Source: Ylistrum balloti
Lineage: Eukaryota
NCBI RefSeq assembly: GCF_031769215.1
Contig: NW_026782440.1
Span: 186,001 to 250,000 of the forward strand
DNA length: 64,000 nucleotides
Direction: 5' to 3'
Shown here: positions 14,301 through 25,300 of the stretch, in pieces
Layout: every line of letters starts with the position of its first letter
Numbering within the stretch: the stretch's first letter is position 1
The notes under the pieces: generated by a model
The model's database searches: none
Seen by the model: only the letters and a program-made list of their open reading frames with translations
What the model was told of the DNA's origin: nothing
Program-made: the position numbers and the translations under genes

Positions 14301-17300
14301 AACTTTCACACCTCTCGTATAACAACAATCATCTGTACTAGTCCTGCACTGGTATTGGGTATCTGTTTAGGATAACTTGTACCGTCTTTTTTCATTCCAA
14401 CAACAAAATACCATGAAAATTCATGGATAACTGCTGTCTTTGTCTCACAAAAGACCAATAATGGTCCAATTCTCACTAAGATATTGTAATATATACAGTA
14501 CATCTAATTGGATCATCAATCTAGTCTGTCTAAATCCATTCCAACATCACCATAATATCATCTAATTCTCATAACAAGGTAAATTATTTATAAACTGTGT
14601 AAGTGATATATATGACCTTAACTAAATATAAACACATAATAGTAACATACACTGTATGGCCAAATTTATATAATAAATCTTACGGTATATATTAGGTGGT
14701 GCATATTGTAAATACAAAAACATCTCACCAGTTTGTGTGTTTGTGATGCGTCGCTGATAATTGTTGAGATTCTGGACAACTGCCGAGGTGCTTTCCTTGT
14801 CCACTGTAATATATTGACCAAAAGAATGGGGTTGAAATTGTATTTACCACTGAAATTGATATGTTATACAAAGTACAACATCATGTGCTCTCAGGTCTAG
14901 TATAAACACAGGTTAAAATACGATACTATTTAAACCTGAATAATATTTAATTTTACCTTTCTTCAGATTAATTCAAACAACTACAAATTATCAGTACAGA
15001 CCTGAGATTATCTATGTTGATTAACATTGTTAATATGAACACAATGCATTTATATCATCCTACACACCTCAAACGTGATGATGTGTGTGATAAATTCTGA
15101 TTGGGTATACTCACATTGATACTTTTCATGTCTTCCTCATTTAATATTAAATCCTCTGGCAATGGAATATTTGATTGCTGAAAAAACAAAGATGATTTCC
15201 TATAGGCTGGTACAAATTTTGTAACCTAAGAAAGATATCGCTGTTCGAATGAAAAGCTTTTGTTAAATTTCACATAACTTTATTTCTTTTGCTGCCAGAA
15301 CTTCTAATTGATGTGTTTTAACATAATTGAATTGAGTTCATATCAAAACTAGGAAACGTGGAAAGTACAGGGGTGACTGCATGAAGAAAGTGATCAAAAT
15401 CATAACAAAGATACAAGTGAATATATTTCATGCATCCTCAAGGTTAAGGATCTCTCATCTGGTTGAGGCATAATTACATGTCGTGGCACATTAATATCAT
15501 GTAGTGCTTCATATGGTAATGAACACAACTATGTACAGAAACAGGATTTGAGATAATATAAGGCACATAAAGTCAACTCAACAGTTGTTTTACATGCCTC
15601 AGATCATCAAAGGTCATTGTTTCTTTGGATGAATTATCCCTCAGTCCTGCTAATGATTGAAAGCATATCAAAACAGTAAGTCGCATGCATGAAGGGAAGC
15701 AACTCTCTCATATGTGTAATTTGTATATACATTGAGGAGCAGTAATGTTTGTAACATTCATAAACTTTTCAGTGGAAATTAAAAATTGATTATCTTTCAA
15801 AATAACATATGACTGCATGATGAAAAGTGAGATCACTTACAAATGAAATATATATGCACATACATGTATAGATGTTATTAGTTTATATAAGACATCAAAT
15901 TGATTCAGTTATCCCATTTTGATATTGACTAATGCCCCATTTGCGATTTAAGCAAAGCTTGTGAAGTCAACACCTAAAACCAGTGTAAATCAAGTTCACA
16001 TTAAAAAATCATCCATACTCATATTATACCATGAGGATATGTATATCTAATATTTTCATGTTCTTTTACATATCTTGAATGGGGTTAAAGGTTGCGCCCC
16101 ATTTCCATTTAGACATTTGAGAAATCCACCCCTTCCACTTTTTTAACAGAATCACTTCAAGCCTATATAAGGATGACTTTATAAATGATCTGCATCTGAA
16201 TTTCTTCTGCAGAAAAACCGTACACTTCCATTTCTTTTTTATATTTCTCCTCAGATGACTCTTCATAGATTTGTTAACATTTCCACATGATTGTTGTATA
16301 ATGTATTCTCTTAGCATGAATAATTTCTTTACAAAATTAGAAGTATATTATAAGTAATAACTTTTATGATACAAAATGAACTAATATTTCAGGCATAAAA
16401 ACATTCCTTCTGAGGTAATTTTAATCTTTAAATGAATATGTTTGAATAAAAATTAAACTGCAGCAAAAATGTTTCTGTTCAGATAACAATTGATCTGTCA
16501 TTGATATCATACTTACATTATCTTTCTGCTTCTTCTTCCCTTTAGAAACAGATTGTAAATCCTCTACAAAACAGCTTATGGCCACAACATCAAAGCCCAC
16601 TGTAAAATATATGTTCAAGATATAAATTTCAAGTCTAACTGAAAGTTAATACCAGATAGTTCATGGAGATAAGTTCAACACATTCACTCTGGCCCAAATA
16701 TAGTACAGATATGTGAGCATTAACAAAATTAGCAGCAGTGAAATGATTGTACTGTTGGAAGAAACCAGAATATCGAGAGGAAACCAGTATCCAGTCATTG
16801 TGCCCTAACAGGTGATCAGTTATGTCTGATTGAGAATTTTCTATGTGAAAGACAAGAGTCTGATATACCACCTAACCTTAGCCACTGACCCCAATATAGT
16901 TACATTTCTCTCTCTCTTTCCTTACTCAAAATCTTTACAGCTAAAAATTACAAATATTTAAGATACAGAGTCTTTAGGACACACACAAGCTACACCGATT
17001 TCTACCTGTAGTATAAACATGCATGTACATTCAATTCTTTTTTATCGAATGGGCATGCCATAAACATAAAACAATAACCTCAAAACACTAAATAGATAAA
17101 AAAAAATGAACCCAGAACCTATTAAGATACTGGCTAAATTTAGAATCAATGGAACATACATCGATATTCTCACTTCCATGAAAACACACTAGGACTTGTG
17201 ATATCAAAAATTGATTTACAATATAACACAACCTAGTTTGTTAGTTTTGAACTAGTAAGTTTTCTAGTGTGTTATAATAGTAAATTGATTATTTTTAACT

Positions 17301-17999
17301 TATCCTTTTATCCAATAAATTTCATTGAATACTAGGAATATATAATGAGATAATATGCACTTCCACGCATATACCTCTGCACACATATGACATAACAAGA
17401 CTTTTGCATATCTCCGATCTTATAAAAGAATCACACAAATATCACCATTATATATCTTCATTGATATAGCTATACATATGCAAGTAAACATATGCATACA
17501 CATATATTAAATGTACAATCTAGCCAAGATGCATATATTATACATACACAAGTACACTGCATGCACACACGCACTCACCACTACCACGCAAACACTAAAT
17601 TCAATTTAATTTCTATTGCTATCAGAAAATATTAAAATGACATACACAATTCTTATATAAATAGAAAAGAAAGATAATGACAGCTAAAAAAGAAGTTGTA
17701 TTGCTTTATAAACAGTACTGATCAACGGTTCTGTTTGCGAACTCTTTTACTTCAAAGATAAACACAAACAAAGTGAAAGTAACATGCACAATAAGTTCAA
17801 GTTGCCGCAGACCATTTAGATATCAATACATGCAAACCGCACAGGGCAAGTTCTCAGCAATATTTGAAGTTTTTGACAATTCAGAATAAAGTGTATATTT
17901 AAGAAACAAAATATACATACATCTTTCTGCTTGGCGAAGTGTTTCTTTCAGCGACACTTTATCGGTATTTTTCACGTGTAAATCCATGAAGGCTGCCAT
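2368..17999 (-). CDS. RPP30: Ribonuclease P/MRP protein subunit p30, 10 coding exons found; terminal exon not located (probably left of the window)
   Basis: complement(join(17921..17999,16517..16599,15115..15177,14729..14803,9060..9125,8075..8164,5888..6004,5184..5213,4817..4854,2368..2447 or 2453)). All introns are GT-AG and phases are continuous. Translation: MAAFMDLHVKNTDKVSLKETLRQAERL-GFDVVAIS...-WTRKAPRQLSRISTIISD...-AQENVQRFDLVAVQPTSEKTFH-LACLTLDIDIIIIDVTQKLPYFIKRPSVNT-AIERGIHFEINYSPAVMD...CKGK-NLILSSGCEQ-ASSIRGPYDVANL-SMLFGMTQAQGKAAVCRNCRAVLFHA. This matches the remembered human RPP30 motifs (MAVFADL, YDVVAVFP.TEK.FH, KLPFYFKRP, FELVYSPA, IRGPYDVANL, AKAAVSTNCRA) and exon sizes (75/90/117/30/38/80 nt). 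Confidence 0.93.
9784..11319 (-). mobile_element. Full-length Tc1 (IS630-Tc1-mariner, DD34E) DNA transposon in RPP30 intron 4
   Basis: 22-bp terminal inverted repeats CTACTCAC(G/A)ATTTGATAGGGAT at 9784-9805 and 11298-11319 (1 mismatch), flanked by TA at 9782-9783 and 11320-11321; 1536 bp; contains a transposase reading frame. Confidence 0.93.
10020..11060 (-). pseudogene. Tc1 transposase pseudogene (347-codon frame, three premature stops)
   Basis: MPRQQARRRLS... with an HTH region, GRERLTSQRQDR, FTDESRF (D1), VMVWGGIS, MDDNARQH (D2), WPSRSPDLNPIEHVW (E; 34 residues between D2 and E). In-frame stops at 10536-10538 (TAA), about 10491-10493 (TGA) and 10119-10121 (TGA); no frameshift. Confidence 0.9.
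13142..14130. mobile_element. Degenerate non-autonomous interspersed repeat of the bivalve type, with internal subrepeats and a terminal hairpin-like end
   Basis: Recurring degenerate subunits (aaggatgcatcagaccaaatttgg ~13217, ccaagaatgtttcaggccaagttagg ~13383, aaagatgcctcagaccaatttgg ~13842), an acaagaacca... start and a ...cccagctcttttggatcgggtcagctg end. Family identity is from memory of oyster repeats only. Confidence 0.5.
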
Positions 18000-18250
18000 T
18001 GCGGAAGTAGAAAGTTTTCTTCTAATTAATAAAAACGTCTTGTTCCGGATTCTTCTTAAATTGTTCGTTTGTGAATTTCAATTTCCAGCAAGAAAATTTC
18101 CATTTAGTTCGGAAGAAAAAGATCAATTGTCGGTAAAGACCTATAACGGAAAGAAAGGAAAATACATATTACATTAAGGAGGCCATTTTAAGATAATTAC
18201 AACCCGTTTCGTGTGTTTATTTTTATACATTCATCACGTACTTCCGGTTC
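18000..18250. promoter_or_regulatory. Bidirectional promoter between RPP30 (-) and B4GALT7 (+)
   Basis: RPP30 ATG at 17999. A plus-strand donor AAG/GTATTG at 18307/18308 is taken as the end of the B4GALT7 5' exon. ETS/GABP-type sites GCGGAAGT (18001-18008) and ACTTCCGG (18240-18247). Local CpG enrichment against CpG-poor flanks. Confidence 0.6.
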
Positions 18251-18307
18251 TGATTTGGGAGATGGTGAACGTGTCAAACAGCAGCAGAAACTAATAATAT
18301 TTCAAAG
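18240..18307 (+). other. B4GALT7: Putative non-coding first exon of B4GALT7 (spliced to acceptor at 22244/22245)
   Basis: Donor at 18308 (gtattg); acceptor tttgatgtttgcag|G at 22244; CpG-rich start region. The 5' end is a guess. Confidence 0.5.
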
Positions 18308-19407
18308 GTATTGTACTTACAGTTTACTTCACTTAAAGAAAAATGACATATGCGACTTACTCATTTTCAGGTTATCGATAGATTATCAATTATCGCTTGG
18401 GCATGAAGTGTAAAATTCCAGATAGAGGTGCCTGCAAATACGTGTCTCTGTTTAAGTCTCGCACTCCAACTGTCCAACATATCATAGCCTTATCTAAGAA
18501 TTACAAGATGCAGTAGAATTTAACCATTTTCAGATCTGTTCATTGATGTACCGGTAAGCAATTAGGTGAGTGAAAAAAAAATCACAAAGTGACGTGGGAG
18601 TAGATTACACCCTCTTACATACGTTCTCCAAGTTATCCGGTGGAGGGGCTAAGCGTAGATTGAATAAAAAAATATCCACCTTATGCTTCATTGTGGTGAC
18701 TCTACCTTGACTACATGCTCGAGTCGTAGAAGTGAAGACTGTCCCCTCGCTCCACCTGCACGTTTTTTCTCTACCGTATCTCCATCATCATACGACTGTA
18801 ACTCCTATCTACTGTACAACTTGAGCTTAAACCAATAGATTTCACGAAAAAGAAAAAATCAGTGAAAGTATATTTTGAAATACTTCACATTGTAAAAAAA
18901 ATCTCCACTTTCCACTTAAATGTGACAGAAGTTCTTTGATGATGATCAACTATATATTTTTTTGGATAAATATTGAAAATAAATTAAGGTTAATGATAAA
19001 GGCTTTGTGCCAAAATATTTGTTTTTACACGTGCCCTTGTCAATGTCTGTTATTTTATCAAACCAGCTATTATAAACCTGTTTTATCAATCTGAAAGATT
19101 GACCTTTGTCACATCGTATCTCTTGAAACATTGGTTTTTGTACTTCCATGCAGATTGTTTAAACATAGAGGTTTAGAGTCTGTCTGTTACATGTGAAGAC
19201 TGCATTGGCAACTGTTTTGAAGACAGTGAATGTTTCTTGGAAATTATGAAAAAAAACTTCAGATATGCCTTATGATGAAAGTATTTGACATAAAATCAAT
19301 ATATTTGATATAGAACATAATTTCATGCAAGGCTGACGCATGTCCCTAAGATCATATGATCTCAGGTTAAGTTGGGCTGGCAAATCTAGTGAAATATTGA
19401 CAAACAC

Positions 19408-19436
19408 CAGGGACGTATCTCTCACATACGTCCCTG
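19408..19436. mobile_element. 29-bp micro-MITE with 11-bp TIRs and 7-bp TSD in B4GALT7 intron 1
   Basis: CAGGGACGTAT-CTCTCAC-ATACGTCCCTG flanked by CAAACAC at 19401-19407 and 19437-19443. Confidence 0.7.
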
Positions 19437-20514
19437 CAAACACAGATACTTGAATTTCAATATTTGTACCTAAAAAAGAAAAAAAGCCCCAATCACAAAG
19501 CTGTAGTTAGAAGTGTAGCAAACAGTTGATGTAAAAGCTACGAAACTAATGTTTTCTGTGACATGGACAAGTGTCGACTTGAGAAACTGCTATTTGATCG
19601 TGGTGTATGAACCAATAGTATATGATGTACATAGTTTTCACTCACACTAAAATATCATTTTTTTTTTGTATTATTACTGGACTGCTTTATGGTGTAAATG
19701 AACCAATTTCAATCTACTGTCAGAACTACTTTTCGTCTTGCTTATAAAAAGATACTTATTCTATATGGACAGATATATCCATGTCACAGGGTGTATTTTT
19801 CTGATATCAATAGCAAAATATTAGGATTTGAAGAATTGCTATCCATGTCAACATGTTTGACTTAAAATATTAATTTTTAAGCCTACATTATAGATAAGTG
19901 AAAAGGCAAGCATGGAGAAATAAATGACTCCACATAACGCTCCTCCAAGCTGGCAGAGAGTAGTGTTGTGGTGTAGCGTGGAGTCACACTCCACAACTGA
20001 GTGCTGGTGACCAAATATAGGTGGAGTCAGTCAGTGATGAGAAAGATGATAGGCAAGTGGAGATCATATGCCTCCTTGTTAACTGTAGTGTATGTAACTA
20101 CACTAACAATGTTGGTGAAATTACATGGCGAGAAACTTTTGACAGGCATTTTGTTGCATTAGCCAAATTAATCCGGTAGACTATGACCTACAGTATTATT
20201 TATAAATATATATCCTATCAAACTCGGATACAATAAGGTAATACAAATCTGGAACCTTCGATCAACAACATTACTGTATATAATGCATTGTGCTGATTTA
20301 TTGATATTTAGGACATTGAAACACAATTAACGACAGAAAACAATTTTTGACTTGTGCCCTGATTGGGCCTCAAACTCACAATCCTGTACGGGACTTGATT
20401 ACAATATTAATACATACATGGATAAAAATTGTACATACGACACACATCAAACTTGGGTACAACTGGGTAATTCAAGTCTGGAACCTTTGGATAAATAACC
20501 TTACTGTATATGAT

Positions 20515-20545
<31 letters not shown>

Positions 20546-22318
20546 TTTCATATATCATATATAAAGGAGTACTACATTGTATGTGTAACAGGTTGGCTAT
20601 ACCATGTTCAAATAAAGAAACAAAACCTGTTGAGAGTTCTGACCATAGTTTACTGTCGACCGAAAGTGTATGAACTCTGTGAATATACAATAATAAAACG
20701 ATATGACTACACTGTAAATAAACATCATACAAATATGATTAAAACATATTAATATGGAACATCACTATCAGTTGAATAAAATATAATACAATTGATTACT
20801 AGTGGGTAATCTACACCCTATAATGATATCAATATGTTCAGGTAAGTACGGACATACAGCATGTACAATAAATAATAGATACAGCAGACTAATAAACAAA
20901 ATTTAACGATTATGGAGACAATTTAATTTACATTATATGAAAAGTCAAACCTGCCACATATGTGTGATGTGTCCCAATGGTCTGTGCTCCTCATGGCTAA
21001 TAGTCGTGTCTAATGCTATTTTTACTATTTAACAGTAACTATCCCTCAATTGCAGATAGATCTATTACCAGTATGCAGCATTTTGAACAACCTGTTCAGT
21101 ACAAACATACAATAATCAATATGAGGAGAGCAATGCCTGGAAAGAGCAATGCTTCTGTACATTCTACATTATGCCACATTTCGTCGATAAAAGTACTGTA
21201 TTTTGGTACAATAACATATGTAGGAAAATTTTGTGAACTCGGTCAGTACTTCAAGGAACAAAGGGATTTTCTGAGTCCCAGTGAGTGATCAGTTGAGCCA
21301 TCATTGTGACTTAAGCATTTTGTGTGCCTGTGTTGACCTCAACATATTGGTTGGTAATGCGAAGTAACAACGCTGCCCCAGAAAATGTTTATTTCCTTTG
21401 ATAGTGTTTAAAATGTCATGTATCTAAGTCGATGTATTGATGTTGCATTTTTCTAATAACAATGTTTGCATGAAACAATGATAATAGAAATCATACTTGT
21501 GGTGTGGCAAAGTGTTTACTATTATTGACATTAATTCATATATCTGGATTTCCACCTGGTTTGGCAGTTTGTATGTACATGTATATACATACTTTCCAGT
21601 TTGAATGTTGCGAAAAAAAATTCTGAAGAATTCAAAGATACTAAAGTTTCAGTGTCTTTAAAAATCATGAAGTAGTATACCCCCAGTAAAAAACAGTACT
21701 GAGTTAATTTTGAGAAAATAAGTTAAGTTAAATAGCATTTTAAAAATATGGCCACAGTAACTCTACTTCTGTGACAAGGAAATTTAGAATATTAACGTTA
21801 CCATGACTAAAATTGCCAGTAAAGAGCTTGGCTGTTATGTAGTATACCAGTGATCCTGTTTATTGGTTGTTGTGACATAAAATTATCATAATCAGACAAT
21901 TACTTTTTTTCAATCGTGTAACATGTAAGTACGCCATATATGTAATATTATGTAAGTTATACATGTATCAATGTGTTATGTTTTACCTTCCTTGTGCCTA
22001 CTGCAAAAAAACAAGTGGTACTTCAAATGATATCTATTTATACCTCGCTCATAAAAGGTAATAATGTTTTAAAATTTCAATAATCCTTTTTTTTTCAAGT
22101 AAAAAAGCTAAAATATTCCTTTGCAATTTCCAATGTTGAGAGATCTAATTATGAAATTAACCAAAAGAAATCCGATAAATTCCATTTTTCCATTTATTTG
22201 TTCCAAATTGTGTTAGAAAAAAAAATTCTGTTTGATGTTTGCAGGTTGAAACAAACTGTTTCTCAAGACTCTGGCTGTCTCCTTGCCAAATGGTTCAAGG
22301 CAGTGTTTCTCTATATGG

Positions 22319-25300
22319 ATGGATTTGCATACATTGAGGTGCCGAAAGGGACAATGCCTGATTTTGGGACTTATCTGCTGCCTACTGTTCATGATTATAC
22401 TTTCTTTATACCCTCTACAGGACATAGCAGGTTGTTCTATTCCTTCTCCGGCAGTTGACCTGTCTGTGTTGTGTAAAGAAGCCAAGAAAAAATGCAATCT
22501 CAACTATGATTCAGACAAACACTTTAATCCCTTAGACCCAGTTATCCCCAGAGGCGAACCTCAACAGGGTGCCCGATCTGATTTAGGGGATGCAGATCAA
22601 CCTCCTCATAAGATGGCACTTATAATTCCATACCGTGATAGATTGGAGGAGCTGTTGCAGTTTGTACCCTATATGTATAATTATCTGAATGGAAAACACA
22701 TAGCTCATCGGATTTATGTCATAAACCAAGTGGATAATTTCAGGTCAGTGTAAAGATGTTCTACTTGTAAGCCACAAAGTATGTGACATGAACATTAAGA
22801 TGTTAGTTATAGATTAACAAAGATGAAAGTACTTTGTTTGCAAGTGATTTGAAATTGGTAATTTCTGCATATAATACACTGCAATTATACAATTATATAC
22901 AATACAGGGGCATAAGCTAAAGTTTCTGGTTTTCAGTCAATTTTCCTTTATTATGTCCCGTGGATTGAAAAGATCAGGTGCATATTGTTTTTGTACTGTC
23001 TGTCTGTCTAGTGTTTGTCTGTTTTAACCTTGCCCATAAATATTGCACCATATAAAGTAAGGGCTTTAATATTTACCATGTGTGTTCCTTGTGAAAAGAC
23101 TTTTCCAGTGGTACCAAAAGTTTGACCATGTAACCTTGATAGTGACTTTTGACCTACATTTGAAAATTTTTAACATTGGCCATAACTATTGCATCATAAG
23201 AGGTATAACTTTCATATTTGTCCCACTTCAGAATTTTTCTTCAAGTAGGATTAATCGTCCAAACTTTTTTCAATAGTTATTAATCAATAGTACATGTTGT
23301 ACAGCACTTATGATAGCTTGATGACTGATTCATTATGTAACATCTCTTCAATGAAAAGAAAAAAAATTATACTGAACTTTTTTTTACATATTTTTCTCTT
23401 CAGATTCAACAGAGCTTCCTTGATCAATGTTGGTTTCTTAGAAAGTCGATCAGATTGTGATTATATTGCCATGCATGATGTTGACCTGCTACCTTTGAAC
23501 CCAGAACTAGACTACGGCTTTCCAGAGTTAGGACCTTTCCATGTTGCCTCACCAGAATATCATCCTAAATATAATTACTCTAAATTTGTTGGTGGAATTC
23601 TTCTTATGAACAAAGACCATTTCATTCAGGTATGGGTTTTGGTTTTCTTCTTTTTTTAAATTTAATCTTGTATGCTATTGTTTACCTTCATTGATAAATT
23701 TAATCTTGTATGTTATTGTTTACCTTCATTGATAAATTTAATCTTGTATGCTATTGTTTACCTTCATTGATAAATTTAATCTTGTATGTTATTGTTTACC
23801 TTCATTGATAAATTTAATCTTGTATGCTATTGTTTACCTTCATTGATAAATTTAATCTTGTATGCTGTTGTTTACCTTCATTGATAAATTTAATCTTGTA
23901 TGCTATTGTTTACCTTCATTGATAAATTTAATATTGTATGCTGTTGTTTACCTTCATTGATAAATTTAATCTTGTATGCTGTTGTTTACCTTCATTGATA
24001 CATTCATGTACACAAGTATTTAAACAAGTTACACAGTATGATTATTTAAGTTTAATTTTATAAGCAAGACTGGAAAATTGTACAAGGTTAGAAAACCATG
24101 GTAAATTATCATTATATATCTATATTCAATAGCTGAGTTTCAAACTCAAGTATATCATTAATGTAAACAACAACTTATTATATTGCTTCTGTATATCACA
24201 TTATCATTAATTAATAAAGATAGATTCAATCACAATGAACCCAAACATCACCAATTAGTGGGTAATTTATTATGGCTAACTAGTGTCACCTCTAAGGGTG
24301 AGGCTTCATCAGAATCATTATTATTACTTGTGTATCATTGTCATTGTTTAAAATTATTGAAAGTAAAAATGAATATGTCCTCTCTAAAAGAGCAATGTTA
24401 ATGTTGGTGTTTTACAGGTGAATGGAATGTCCAATAGATACTGGGGCTGGGGACGTGAGGATGATGAACTGTATGTGAGATTATTAAAAGCTCGTCTGCA
24501 GGTCTGTAATATAAACATTGTATCTATATATTAACATTAAGTTCAGTATATATAGGTCAAATACTTCTAATTTATGTTTTCTTAGTAGATGTTGATGGAG
24601 CTGCTCAACCCTCGTCTTCATCAGCCAGGTCCATCCATCGCCCAGGGCTTCCTGTGTACATTATGCATATCTGTGTATGTTACATGTGTACATTATATAT
24701 ATCTGTGTATGTTACACATGTACATTATGTATATCTGTGTATGTTACATGTGTACATTATGTATATCTGTGTGTTATATTATGTATATCTGTATATGTTA
24801 CAATATGTATATCTGTATATGTTACAATATGTATATCTGTGTATGTTACATGTGTACATTATATATATCTGTGTATGTTACACATGTACATTATGTATAT
24901 CTGTCTATGTTACATGTGTACATTATGTATATCTGTGTATGTTGCACATGTACATTATGTATATCTGCGTATGTTACACATGTACATTATGTGTATCTGT
25001 GTATGTTACATATGTACATTATGTGTATCTGTGTATGTTACATATGTACATTATGTTACAAAAGTACAATATGTATATCTGTGTATGTTACATGTGTACA
25101 TTATATATATCTGTGTATGTAACACATGTACATTATGTATATCTGTGTATGTTACACATGTACATTATGTATATCTGTGTATGTTACATATGTACATTAT
25201 GTATATCTGTGTATGTTACACATGTACATTATGTATATCTGTGTATGTTACACATGTACATTATGTATATCTGTGTATGTTACATGTGTACATTATGTGT

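Noticed and set aside
14622-14804. ORF MDKESTSAVVQNLNNYQRR as a separate gene
   Set aside because: Alternative frame of RPP30 exon 4 (14729-14803).
19264-19342. Candidate C/D snoRNA (ATGATGA ~19272, CTGA ~19333, short terminal stem) in B4GALT7 intron 1
   Set aside because: No clear C'/D' boxes, no rRNA target I can recognise, and such motif pairs are expected by chance in 64 kb of AT-rich DNA; snoscan or Infernal would settle it.
23658-24000. Tandem arrays (also 33764-34058 and 53342-54016) as possible CRISPR arrays
   Set aside because: Units are head-to-tail with no unique spacers, there are no cas genes, and the context is eukaryotic.
24280-24315. Other CTGA(N)GA motifs as hammerheads (minus strand here; also ~36601)
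   Set aside because: No proper stem II closed by GAAA and no stem I/III pairing.
24586-24628. Possible cassette exon (ttcttag|TAG|ATG...CCAG|GT) in B4GALT7 intron 4
   Set aside because: Weak donor (GTCCAT); inclusion gives a stop or a frameshift; no homology support.
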